DNA of 64,000 nucleotides, taken from NCBI RefSeq assembly GCF_026571515.1, contig NW_026861555.1, positions 124,001-188,000 of the forward strand, written 5' to 3'. Shown here piece after piece: positions 33,701 through 41,900 of the stretch. Positions within the stretch are counted from its first letter, which is position 1. Every line of letters begins with the position of its first letter. The notes under the pieces are model-generated. The model had not been told where the DNA came from and searched no databases. It saw only the letters and a program-made list of their open reading frames with translations. Origin of the DNA: Ruditapes philippinarum. Taxonomy: Eukaryota. Position numbers and translations under genes: made by a program.

Positions 33701-35466
33701 AATGTGCCTTTAAGAGAACTCAGAACATATGAGCCGTGTCATTACAAAACCAACATAATGCGTTTGCGACCAGCATGGATCTAGACTAGCCTGTGCATCC
33801 GCGCAGTCTGATCAGGATCCATGCTGTTCGCTTACAAACCCTATTACAAGTAGAGAAACTGATAGCGAACAGCATGGATCCTGATCAGACTGCGCGGATG
33901 CGCAGGCTGGTCTGGATCCATGCTGGTCGCAAACCCACTATGTTGGTTTTGTCATGACACGGCTCATATGACAAACATATCGTCTATATATCCCTTTACA
34001 ACAAAATGTAAATATCCTGCAAAATAAGTACAGAGCGTGAAAGGACTAGACTAACCTAGGCTTGTTATCAAATTAGTATTTTCAGTAATATTGCCAGCAA
34101 AACGTAAGTCCTAAAAAAGTCCATAATAAAATAAGAACATATCCTACTGAAATATGCTCGAGAAAGGTAATTGAATTGATATAAATGTTCGCCTTGAGGG
34201 AAATGTATTGGTATGACAAAGTTTACCATTGCAATGGTTAATTTAACGCCTGTTTCCTTGATTACAAAAGATATAGAAGCATTCATGAGGATAGATTTGA
34301 AAGCACATTATGCCTCAGAAACGAATTTTTTTTTCCTTATAACGAAACGGTAAACTTGAGTTTTAAAATGTTTTAATAATGGTTTTAGAGCATGTTAGAT
34401 GTATATATCACCTGAAGAAAGAAGCGCTGAATATGAAATTATTTGTAATAAATGTAGCAAAATGTAAACAAAGTAATATTTTGACTTCCATACAAAATAC
34501 TAAATCTATTTGTTCAAAGAAAGCAACAAACGCTACATATGATTCAGGTTATTGGTCAATGAGTACTTTTTTGGAAACAATAGCAGGACGAAGTCTCTTT
34601 TGTTTTTTTTAAAACACAAATGCGTTCTTGAATTTTTATTGTGTAAAATATAAGATGGTTCTTTAATTGACATAAAACCTTTTTAGAACACTAATCCCTA
34701 CAATAGTTAAAATAAATAAGTTATACTCACGGTATGCATATAACTAGGAGAACGGCTGTTATGTATATGCAGTACTGTATGGCAACGATAAATGGTTTAC
34801 TGGAAATAAAAAAGATAATTTTAGATATTTTAGAATATGCTACATTTCCGGTTGGGTTTTGTTGGGGTTAAAGTCACGCGGACTCTGTAAACAACACCAA
34901 GGCGATTTCCAGCTTCATAGAACGCTCCCTGTATGCATTAGGCAGGTGCAAGCGTGAACCTGAGTAGAACCACCAAACTTCCGTCAGTTAGCTGGGATAG
35001 GTTCTTCAAATGAAAAAACAATCTAAAACAACGACTTTTCCCGTATGTTACTTCGGATAAGAGGCTATTGCAAATGGGTAAGAAAATAAGTTCTAGATGT
35101 CTAAAAACCTTAAGCATTGCGGTAATAATTTTAAACACGAAGTAATATCTATATATCAGATGCGTAACTTTAACACTGTATACGAGTCCGTATGTTTATG
35201 ATGTGTGTCATTTCTATTTTGCTCTTCGTTTCCAATAAAAGCACATGTATTCTTACTTCAGACCAGTTAGGCCACATGCATCGATACATACACATTTATT
35301 AGGTTATTCCATTCAATACTAAAATACTATGTCCTTGTCATCACGATATTGCATGAATGCGATTAGAATCTATCTTCACTTAAACTATAAATATGATACA
35401 AACACTCCATTTTATTAGCTTTTCTCAAGCTACATACTATTTACAAGTCGCAACTTTTCGGATCAT
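8..35466 (-). CDS. Giant multi-exon mucin-like (PTS) glycoprotein, about 4,400-4,500 aa in window, continuing past the left edge
   Basis: Hand-traced GT-AG exon chain: 35438-35466(ATG), 34731-34799, 31984-32058, 30279-30353, 29728-29778, 29357-29431, 26383-26403, 25476-25520, 24144-25252, 23132-23203, 22499-22570, 21165-22070, 19107-20771, ~18451-18779, 10893-18004, 10612-10670, 9514-9846, 7333-8450, 6546-6597, 5970-6016, 736-778, 322-347, 8-31. Phases match at every junction except across the garbled patches near 13.2 kb and 18.5 kb. N-terminus MIRKVATCKYKPFIVAIQYCIYITAVLLVICIPVHNAQDS; C-side ...TDTCCCEKRRHGHLVILAQIINEIQLTNDIVVPIRKLPDGKVAVVEATVVTETVYEIPIDIKDISKNQAQVIEASLVPCSSE. Confidence 0.85.
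847..1059. mobile_element. Palindromic MITE family A, copy truncated at right end
   Basis: TGAGCCGCGGCACGACAAAACCAACATAGTGCGTTTGCGACCAGCATGGATCC... matches 8 other copies in the window; self-complementary arms. Confidence 0.85.
1134..5784 (-). mobile_element. Full-length non-LTR retrotransposon (CR1/L2-group LINE), single ORF, intronic
   Basis: Direct repeat AATGAAGGTTTG at 1122-1133 and 5785-5796 (TSD); minus-strand 3' end AATAAATATGTTTAAACCAAACC; intact APE+RT ORF inside. Confidence 0.88.
1485..4898 (-). CDS. LINE ORF2: 2A-like leader, APE endonuclease, reverse transcriptase, C-terminal Cys/His motif
   Basis: APE motifs YNVQS, SETWL, HGGV, ITGDFN, SLIDLI; RT motifs YRPVSLL, FCDISKAFDRVWH, GVPQGSILGPLLF, LFADD, KHLG; C-terminal CTCG..ETASHFFLHC; 1137 codons with no stop. 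Confidence 0.95.
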   Translation of the reverse strand: MVSLLKFIWDSIDTVPYRHTYSKRRCPLSDKQMSNVLFSYFVIYTVFFPTTRLLVFLILLVSLSGDVHPNPGPVSTRSSSTSSISSTDTIDLSMYLSFMHYNVQSIKNKLDNIFAEFKDFDILSFSETWLNDSIDSSTLSLNSFQVPERRDRPGDSHGGVLLYVKHNIHYKRRHDLEIPGVESIWIELVTATRHILFGVFYRHPNTTAYTHNCIEDSIHLAVDTGIKDIIITGDFNINMLNPVLATKIKTLCQQFSLSQCIQDPTHFTEHSSSLIDLILTSNPSLIIYSGVSDPCFDQTIRYHCPVYGFLTLKKPKMASFKRHIWLFDKGNYQLLREKVAAVNWEELKDTNIDTYANNISDVILKCSKSCIPNKQITVRPSDPPWITSYLKFQIRRRRRAYRKAKRTNNAADWTKFRSLRNQLISDIRKAKDDHIQKLAANLQTTSRSTMSWWSCLKSFIKPSNGSSTIPPLQDGDDLFEDEQCKADILNNYFRDQTILDVNPTQIIEEEELSPHKLDSIVTSATEVESILQTLTLGKASGPDGINNRVLKELSKELSIPFSDLFNQSLRTSRYPQAWKEANVTPIFKSGDRSLPGNYRPVSLLCTTGKVFERIVFKYIYNHILSHNLLTPFQSGFVPGDSTVNQLTFLYNFFTEAIDSGKEVRAVFCDISKAFDRVWHKGLLHKLKSFGIKGNLIGWFSSYLSNRKQRVVVPGATSRWNYIRAGVPQGSILGPLLFLIFINDIVADIRANIRLFADDTSLYITVEDPVSAAETLNADLQTISRWASKWLVKFNPKKTESLIISRKPNTPNHPHVFMNNVEIQEVSSHKHLGLIFANNLKWNTHIDYVLGKAYQRINIMRKLKFTLDRQSLQTIYISFIRPILEYGDIVFDNCTLEQKTALENVQYEAARIVTGATKLVSLQKLLDEVGWDTLESRRQKHKLLLFYKMKSNLTPSYLSDLCPPLVDNENYLLRNREDRRTPRARTSLSYDSFLPATTRAFNELPLSLRNAATVSTFKKELFKQTKTVPQYFYFGKRKNQIIHARIRTNCSLLADDLFSKNIIPSPLCTCGLRETASHFFLHCRQYDNIRPSLINVINTYCIVSLKTIISGNTSLSVGENESIFKAVHTYIEKSKRFD
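5797..5866 (-). repeat. Older DNA-element end (TACAGTCAAACC...) split by the LINE; other half at about 1065-1121
   Basis: Both halves carry an ACAGGT(G/T)G..TTTATT..GAAG motif and join across the TSD. Confidence 0.55.
5970..6597 (-). CDS. Mucin gene exons 6546-6597 and 5970-6016
   Basis: IINEIQLTNDIVVPIRK / LPDGKVAVVEATVVTE; phases 2-0 and 0-2, canonical sites. Confidence 0.8.
7333..8450 (-). CDS. Mucin exon: almost pure Thr/Ser repeat (~19-aa, 57-bp unit) ending in CCCEKRRHGHLVILAQ
   Basis: Acceptor TTATTCCAG at 8451, donor GTACGT at 7332; 57-bp period visible (7628 vs 7685). Confidence 0.88.
9514..9846 (-). CDS. Mucin exon, 333 nt, phase 0-0
   Basis: TTTTTTCAG acceptor, CAG|GTAATT donor, S/T/P-rich. 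Confidence 0.82.
10612..10670 (-). CDS. Mucin exon, 59 nt (STATSMAPRPETASLSPIR)
   Basis: Phase 1-0 bridges the giant exon and the 333-nt exon; GTATGT donor. Confidence 0.75.
10893..18004 (-). CDS. Giant (~7.1 kb) PTS exon, broken in the assembly at about 13100-13365
   Basis: ORFs 13344-18026 and 10882-13125 are both PTS-rich and share the KG[TS]PIxKST motif; acceptor at 18005, GTAAGT donor at 10892; no credible splice sites in the gap. Confidence 0.75.
13780..17770 (-). repeat. Coding tandem repeat, 444 bp / 148 aa, 8 well-conserved units plus degenerate flanks
   Basis: GEKGTPISKSTRLPISTTEIEMSS recurs every 148 aa; shadow ORFs at 14743, 15187, 15631, 16519, 16963 are spaced in multiples of 444 bp. 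Confidence 0.95.
18451..18779 (-). CDS. Mucin exon, 3' part garbled
   Basis: TTTTGCTTCAG acceptor, phase 1, reads DVPNTTVRSQSSVMSTYTSGTTT... then degrades in homopolymer-rich sequence; 3' boundary uncertain. Confidence 0.5.
19107..20771 (-). CDS. Mucin exon, 1665 nt, SSLPTD[VE]T 7-8-aa repeats
   Basis: Phase 1-1; ACACAG acceptor, G|GTGAGA donor. Confidence 0.88.
21165..22070 (-). CDS. Mucin exon, Ser/Thr-rich, little periodicity (5' end may extend to about 22234)
   Basis: Phase 1-1; TTATTTTCAG acceptor, GTAAGT donor. Confidence 0.8.
22499..23203 (-). CDS. Two paralogous 72-nt mucin exons (23132-23203, 22499-22570)
   Basis: GTEFTTDSDVSS... and GTKLTTDSKFTS...; both phase 1-1 with GTAAG donors. 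Confidence 0.82.
24144..25252 (-). CDS. Mucin exon with Ser-rich 11-aa (33-bp) SSTIISSSSLS repeats
   Basis: Phase 2-1; begins VINDACQSSSS; G|GTAAAT donor. Confidence 0.88.
25476..35466 (-). CDS. N-terminal small-exon cluster of the mucin gene (signal/anchor, sequon-rich linker, two Cys-GxLxxLA motifs)
   Basis: 29-nt start segment, then 69, 75, 75, 51, 75, 21 and 45 nt exons, all phase 2-2 with canonical sites and no stops when joined. Confidence 0.78.
25641..25739. mobile_element. ~100-bp hairpin element (family B)
   Basis: TGCATTAACATCTGC...GCAGATGTTAATGCA terminal inverted repeat; second copy at 55817-55913. Confidence 0.65.
27447..28930 (-). mobile_element. Decayed, 5'-truncated non-LTR retrotransposon (RT remnants)
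   Basis: Frameshifted fragments AFIDLTKAFDSVYRNALWLKL, IGLRQG, SPVMFALFLEDL, LLFADDMVL, AVYGELG. Confidence 0.85.
31430..31795 (+). mobile_element. Degenerate copy of the TTAA-flanked family at 55290 and 56650
   Basis: GACTCCACTGAG start, shared internal TTTTCACTCAAAT, and TTTTAGGCTTTGGACCCCAATGGAGT end. Confidence 0.55.
33729..33967. mobile_element. Palindromic MITE family A, complete (~239 bp)
   Basis: ATGAGCCGTGTC...GACACGGCTCAT; ~100-bp near-perfect arms around a short asymmetric core; AT flanks. Confidence 0.92.
34850..35010 (-). mobile_element. SINE fragment (resembles the mollusc Meta-type central domain)
   Basis: GGCGATTTCCAGCTT...GTAGAACCACC..CTTCCGT.AG..AGCTGG recognised from memory of mollusc SINEs; not database-checked. 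Confidence 0.45.
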
Positions 35467-36284
35467 TCCAACACTTTCCGTCAAGATACTGAATAATTGG
35501 TGAGGGAACTGAATAAGGTTCACTGAACTCATAATGGATTCCGTTTGTTCTTTATAATTCCAAATTATGATACGTTAAAAAATATTAATCTGTATAATAC
35601 ATTTTTAAAGATCCATTAAAAATAAGCACTGGAAATTGCTCTCATGATCACTTTTCTAAAGGCGTGTTCCGGATTACGGTCCAAATAAGATACTAAGTAT
35701 ATTATATGTTTATATCCCTAACACCATACTATTGTAAAATAAGTCACGTCTAGATCAACTGATGTGCAAAATGTTATTTCCAAATCAAATCAATCAAATA
35801 CGTTTATTTCTGTTAATTGTCGGTGTCTGCATCCAATTCCTTGCTAAATCTCTTTTGTGTCCTATAATATCAACCTCAGAACATGATCATTATTTACATG
35901 CTCCTTATCTAAGTGAACATTGGTTAGTGCTGGACTTCTTAGTTAGAAATAGCAACAAAAGTCATGTATAGATATGCCGTAATTTTGCAGAAACCACTGA
36001 AAATTATGTTCGTTGTTTACAATATCGCAATATTCACGACATCGTTAACGTTCCTATATTCCTAGATGACAAGATGAGTAAGTTCAACACAACAGTTTGC
36101 AAACCTATATCGCACTGCAAACATGGAATCTGTCTCACTTTCCTTAACCTGTCCTTTCTTCTATGCTACTAATTTTAGCATTAGGAATCGTTTCGAATTG
36201 AATCAGCTAAATGATAGATCGCTCAGCTCCGGGCCTAGCCAATAAACATTTTTGAACAAGAAATGGTATTCATGTTATACTTAC

Positions 36285-38199
36285 AAAACAAATCCATAAT
36301 TAAGGTGTCGCGCATAACGATTTTATCCTAGCATTTCCCCATGGAATAGCGGGGAGCAATTATCAAACCCTGGGAAAGACCTTGAACTGCGGGAACATTC
36401 ATAATAGGATATCTTCACTTAATTAATTACCATGTCCTGCGAGTTTGAAAATCACCCCTGCAATTATGGCGCCAAAACAAAACCACCGCAATGATCCGTC
36501 AGTGCGTTTTGCGCAATTCCCACAATATTTCGGGATTGTGGTACGAGCTGCATTTACATATTCATGGCATTGAATTTGTTGTTTTTTAATTTTTTGCCGG
36601 ATGTATGTTTTCAGATGAAACCTTTATATCTAAGAATCTGTTGGAATACAGGATTGAGCCTGTTTTTTTTTTTGTTATTTTTGTGTGTGTTTTTTGTTTT
36701 TTCTATCTTCGAAAACTGCGCATTCACCACAAAACACATCAGAATTGCCGTTTTATTTAGATATATATAAATGAATCCAATACTGCCTTGGATTATAAAA
36801 TTCGCGGGCACTCAGATTGCATATTATATAAAGGACACTAACAAATACGTACGATATGTAAGAACTATTTTAATTCCTACCTTTTTACATGATTATACAT
36901 GCGACTGGTCGTTGTATTTCTTCGGTATCTGTTCACAGTCATATTTCCACCCGAAACTCATACTGGATTTATATAAGACCTACATATAACAAAATTCTTA
37001 AGCTTCAAATATAATAGTAGTAATATTATTTTACAAGTAATCAAACTTTTTTACTTTCCTTTTTAGTTACTTATTTTTGTTAAAAATCCAGAATTTTTTC
37101 ACGTTTTTCTTATGTTATTTTTTTTTTTTTTTTTGGTGGTATATTTAGTACTAAGTCTTATTTTCACCACCAGATATCTGTTGCCGACGACATACAGCCA
37201 AAGACGTCATTAAAATTGTTATTTCTTAATACCCTTGCGGGCCTTTATCGCGTTATCTTTATTAGAATCGAATAAACATAATCACGTTTTGATATATAAT
37301 ACATAAGTTAACATTCTTTAAAAGTACTTACAATCGATTTTTTTACATAATACAACACAAAACTTTTATTTTTATAATGTTTTAAGTTAACGTTCTATAT
37401 GTTTATGTAAATTATGTTGTAATGTTCGTTTGTTCTTGTTGTTGTTTTGCTTTGAAAAAAAATGCTCAGGGTGGTTATGTATATCAGCTGATTGATATTA
37501 AAGTGGCGTTCGACGTATTTTGCATGCTATAATCAAGATATATTCGTTATTTCTCGTGGCGTGTGCATGGCGTGTGCATGATTACAAGCAGAAACAAGAA
37601 AGGGAAACAAAATCTTACCTTTTTGTCAATTAAAAAATATAGACATGTACATAAAATAGCCTTCGGATATGTGTCGCTAACGACTCTAATTCTGAAATTG
37701 AGAAAGTGTTATATTCTACAAGTCAATAAAAAAAACATGTAAAAGAGATGTAGGCCTGTTGATGTATAGTTGCTGCACAAAAAATACGGTATAAATAACT
37801 TTTAAGCAGCTTAAATTGTGTTGGAATTATATTTACAGAGTCTATTAACGACGAAACAACCATAATTCGTATTATAAAGCTTTATGATATTTCCTAATAT
37901 TAAATAACGCTTCTCATTTTATTTTGTTGTCTTCTGACAATCACCACGTAGCCTTTTAAAATAAACCGAATTGCAAACTGCTCACTATTGGGTGAATATG
38001 AATTTGACAATCAATTTAGTGTATTGTTACCTATGCATTATTTACAAATTACTATTTTCGCTGCGCCGTTTAATCTCGTCAATTTCCGTTAAGCTACGGA
38101 AAATACCGAGAATTCCGTATCCGATGTAAACAATATGGCCGCACTGAAACGTTGAAACTTGTTCGTTTGTTTTGTTTATTTCTGAGTCAAACTTCAAAG
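36285..38199. promoter_or_regulatory. Divergent promoter region between the mucin gene (-) and the coiled-coil gene (+)
   Basis: Candidate 5'UTR donors at 36284 (-, GTAAGT) and 38200 (+, AG|GTAATT); CpG-richer patches near 36.3-36.55 kb and 38.05-38.15 kb; YY1-like AATATGGCCGC at about 38132. Confidence 0.45.
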
Positions 38200-38932
38200 G
38201 TAATTGTCACGTTTTTGTATAACTGATAATTAAGAAAAAATCAGTTAGAATATTGAGATCACAAACCTGTGTTTCAGATTTCAGTTACTTTCTTTCAACA
38301 GTTCAACTCAACATGAAATCTCTTCAAGTTCAACAGATCAACACTTGAGTCTTAAATTGGTAGGATAGATGACGTTTTTATAACCTGAAAAAACTATTCA
38401 GTAATTCCTTAAACATTTACACCTTATGAATATCTGCATGTTTGTATATATTTTAACTTATAAGTTGGAACCTAATCTGTAATCTCTACTGGATCTTGTG
38501 GTCATTCTTTTTAGACACCCTTTCACATAATGTGTCTTACAGTGTAGTAGCCGAATTAATTTGGCGTGAACGGTTTGACCCATTTTACAAACTTTTTTTC
38601 AAACAGAAAAAGACATCACCCGTCCAAAATTATTTTGATGTCTCTTTGACAAGTCTAAATAGTTGGACTAACAGTGTAGTGTCAGGACGAGGTGTCGTCT
38701 CAGTCGATAGATGACTTTTCCCAGTGACACCACTGGGCAGATTACATCAGTAGAATGAAGGAAAACAAACAACATTTTAGTCGATTTTTCCTCCAAAAAT
38801 TTTCTGCACAGTCTTAAGTATTGAATCTGGGAAGTTTCTAACAGTTGTTTCATGATTAAACCATATGATACATGTATGAATAATTATACTAATTAGAATA
38901 ACTCTCATTTAAGCCTTTATTCTGCAGGAACG

Positions 38933-41900
38933 ATGCCGGTAAGCCAGAATGAAAAGCTGTATGGCTTGCCAGGCCCGCAGAACAGTGCTGTTTTGATGGA
39001 CATCATCAGTAAACTAAAGCAAGAACTTCACCAGAGTAAGGCAGATAACCACAAACTTGTTGATCAACTGAACTGTTTAATTTCGCTAGTGAAAAGGTAT
39101 TTTGAATTCTTGTCTTCTCAAATAGAGTAATATTTCATTTCTGGAACTGTCTATTATCAAATTTGGGTGATAACAGGATGGAAATTTTATGTTAGTCATC
39201 CAATAGTATAGATTAAAGAGAGTGGTCAGACTTTTAACCAGTGCAGGCTGACCTGGCACTTAACTGGTGGCATAGACTTAACCAATTAATTAGAATTTTT
39301 TTTAACACTACTGTGCTTGTTTTTCAGAGCATGGGGTGGAGAACAAGGAGCCATTCTGCACCTTGCAAATATTGTTGGTGAGATGTTTTCATTTTTTATT
39401 TTTGAAGAATTAGTATAATGAAGGCTCTGTTTATTCTTTTAACTTTTAAAACAACTAGGTCAGGTAATATGCTGCCAGTGAAATCATGTCATTAAATAAA
39501 CTGTCCGTAACAGTAACTACAGTGTCAGTGAATACACTGTCAGTAAATAAACTGTTATTAAGCTGTCATTAAACAAAACTGTCCATAAATAAACTGTTGG
39601 TAAATAAACTGTCAGTAAATACACTTTCATTCAATAAACTGTCTGTAAATACACTGTCAGTAAATGCACTGTCATTAAATAAACTGTCCCTAAATATACT
39701 GTCTGTAAATAAACTGTCAGTAAATATACTGTCATTAAAGAAACTGTCCATAAATAAACTATCAGTAAATACACTGTCGGTGAATAAACTGTCATTAAAT
39801 CCACTGCCAGTAAATAAACTGCCAGTAAGTACAATGTCAGTAAATACACTATGACTGCCAGTAAGTACATGTACAGTGTCAGTACTTTTGAAAGTATTAC
39901 ATGTATGTTTCAAAATTCAAACAATAGTTTTGTAAACTACAGGGAACATAATACACATAGATTTATACACTTTGATTAATTTTAAATTATATTTTTAGCA
40001 GATTTTCCTCATACTATACTTAGAATAATTTTGTTTGTCATAAAAATCACAATTTCTATTGTATATTTATAGGAATGGAAGCACCAAAGTTTGAATCCCA
40101 TGATGTAAACAGAAACACACCTGTTGGTGACAAGGCAAGTCAATTAAAATGATGGTTGCGGTGGTGTTTGTAGTTTTTACACCATATCATGGCAAAAAGC
40201 CACATTGAATTCACCGGCCACCACATTGTTCCCGGGCATGCTGTCAAGCAGTTAACTAGTACTAGTTGCTTTCACTTTCACAATGAACTGATAACTTCTG
40301 TACATGCCAGAGCAGAGGTACAGTGTGAATGACCGTAGAAAGGATGTCATAATCAATTGCAATTTTGTCACAGAAATGTATAATACTGTTATATTTTGCT
40401 ATTAAATTTACATTGATTTTATATTGTGAATATTATATATTTAATTTTAATATATCATTTTAAAATTTTACCATAAAGGGAGATAATTGTAATGTTTTGA
40501 ATACTATGCAAGTTACGGATTATATATTTTGACACAGTGATGTATTAGCTATAACTGACATTGATTTTAAAATGCAAAAATTATGTATATAAGATTTTTT
40601 TTGCATATTACTTTTTGATAATAGACCCGTGCAGTGAAGAACTGGGAGAGGTTTGCGGTAAAACTTTTGGAGCGGGAATACACTGCTATTCAGGAAGAAA
40701 TCCGACATAGACAGTTGCTTCATATACAGGTACTGTTGTAAAATAATGCACTGTTCGAGTTTAAATGCTTAGGAATAGATTAATAAAAGTTGATAAGCCT
40801 GAGTGATTAATTACAAAGCATTTGAACAAAAAGGTAAAAGGTAAAGAGAATTGGTAAAGGTATATTGAACTACATTGAGCATAGAAGTAATTTAGTTTAT
40901 ACAAATTTATTTTAGTTTGATTGTGTTGGAAGCTATAAGCTTTTTGAAACACTGTTGAATCCCTTTGTGGAACCAACCAGTACTAAGCAATGAATGTAAA
41001 GTTTCTTGCTCAAGGAACCAACAGCTTGTCCCTGACAGGGTTTGAACCCACGCGGTCAGCAATCCTAAGATTACTAGTCCTACGTGTTAACCACTCGACA
41101 ACGCTTAATTCATTGTGTGTGGAAGCAAAAACAAAATTGTATTATAGAAAATATCCTATGTTATCCTTTGTGACTACAACAGTCACTTACCATATTGTTT
41201 TCATTTAATGCCCCCCCCCCACCACCAGATTTTGTAGATGAAAAATTCTAACCTTTTAGATTTGTAAATCAAAAATGAAAGAGCAATTAAAAAACTTCAA
41301 ATATTTTTATTTAAAAAATGACAAGAACACTTCAGTAATATTAAATCATTTTTAAAAAATCCTGAATCCTGTATTACATACTTGATTATAATATGAGCCG
41401 TGCCATGACAAAACCAACGTAATGGGTTTGCGACCAGCATGGATCCAGACCAGCCTGTGCCTCCGCGCAGTCTGATCAGGATCTATGCTGTTCGCTTACC
41501 AACTTATTAAAAGTAGAGAAACTGATAGCGAACAGCATGGATCCTGATCAGACTGCACGGATGCGCAGACTGGTCTGGATCCATGCTGGTCGCAAAACCA
41601 TTATGTTGGTTTTGTCATGATGCAGCTCAATTATGTATGTATGACAACAAACCAGAAAGAATAATATATGGATGTAGTTTGTGAGTGTGAGATACATGAT
41701 CTGATATGACATATATATATATATAGCAGATAAGAAAATGGTCTATAACAAAATATTAGTTTTGATCATATGAATAACATATATACTATCAATTAGAACT
41801 TTTTACTTTTCAAAAAATAAGAATCTCCCATTGGCCAATGATATTAATTTTTATTGCTTTTATCAATATTTGAGATACATGTGGAAAATGTGCCCATATA

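Noticed and set aside
33680-34330. Inverted pair TCTGAGGCATAATGTGCCTTTAA / AAAGCACATTATGCCTCAGA as the TIRs of one element
   Set aside because: The TTAA ends face inward, so these are the ends of two neighbouring elements
36285-36297. ATG GAT TTG TTT T|GTAAGT as the mucin start
   Set aside because: Phase 1 leads to a stop in the next exon; at most a uORF. The ATG at 35466 fits the phase.
39569-39913. Pentapeptide-like SLFTD repeat ORF
   Set aside because: Intronic 15-bp minisatellite that is open in several frames
41030-41104. tRNA gene
   Set aside because: A and B boxes run into a SINE body and no convincing cloverleaf is evident
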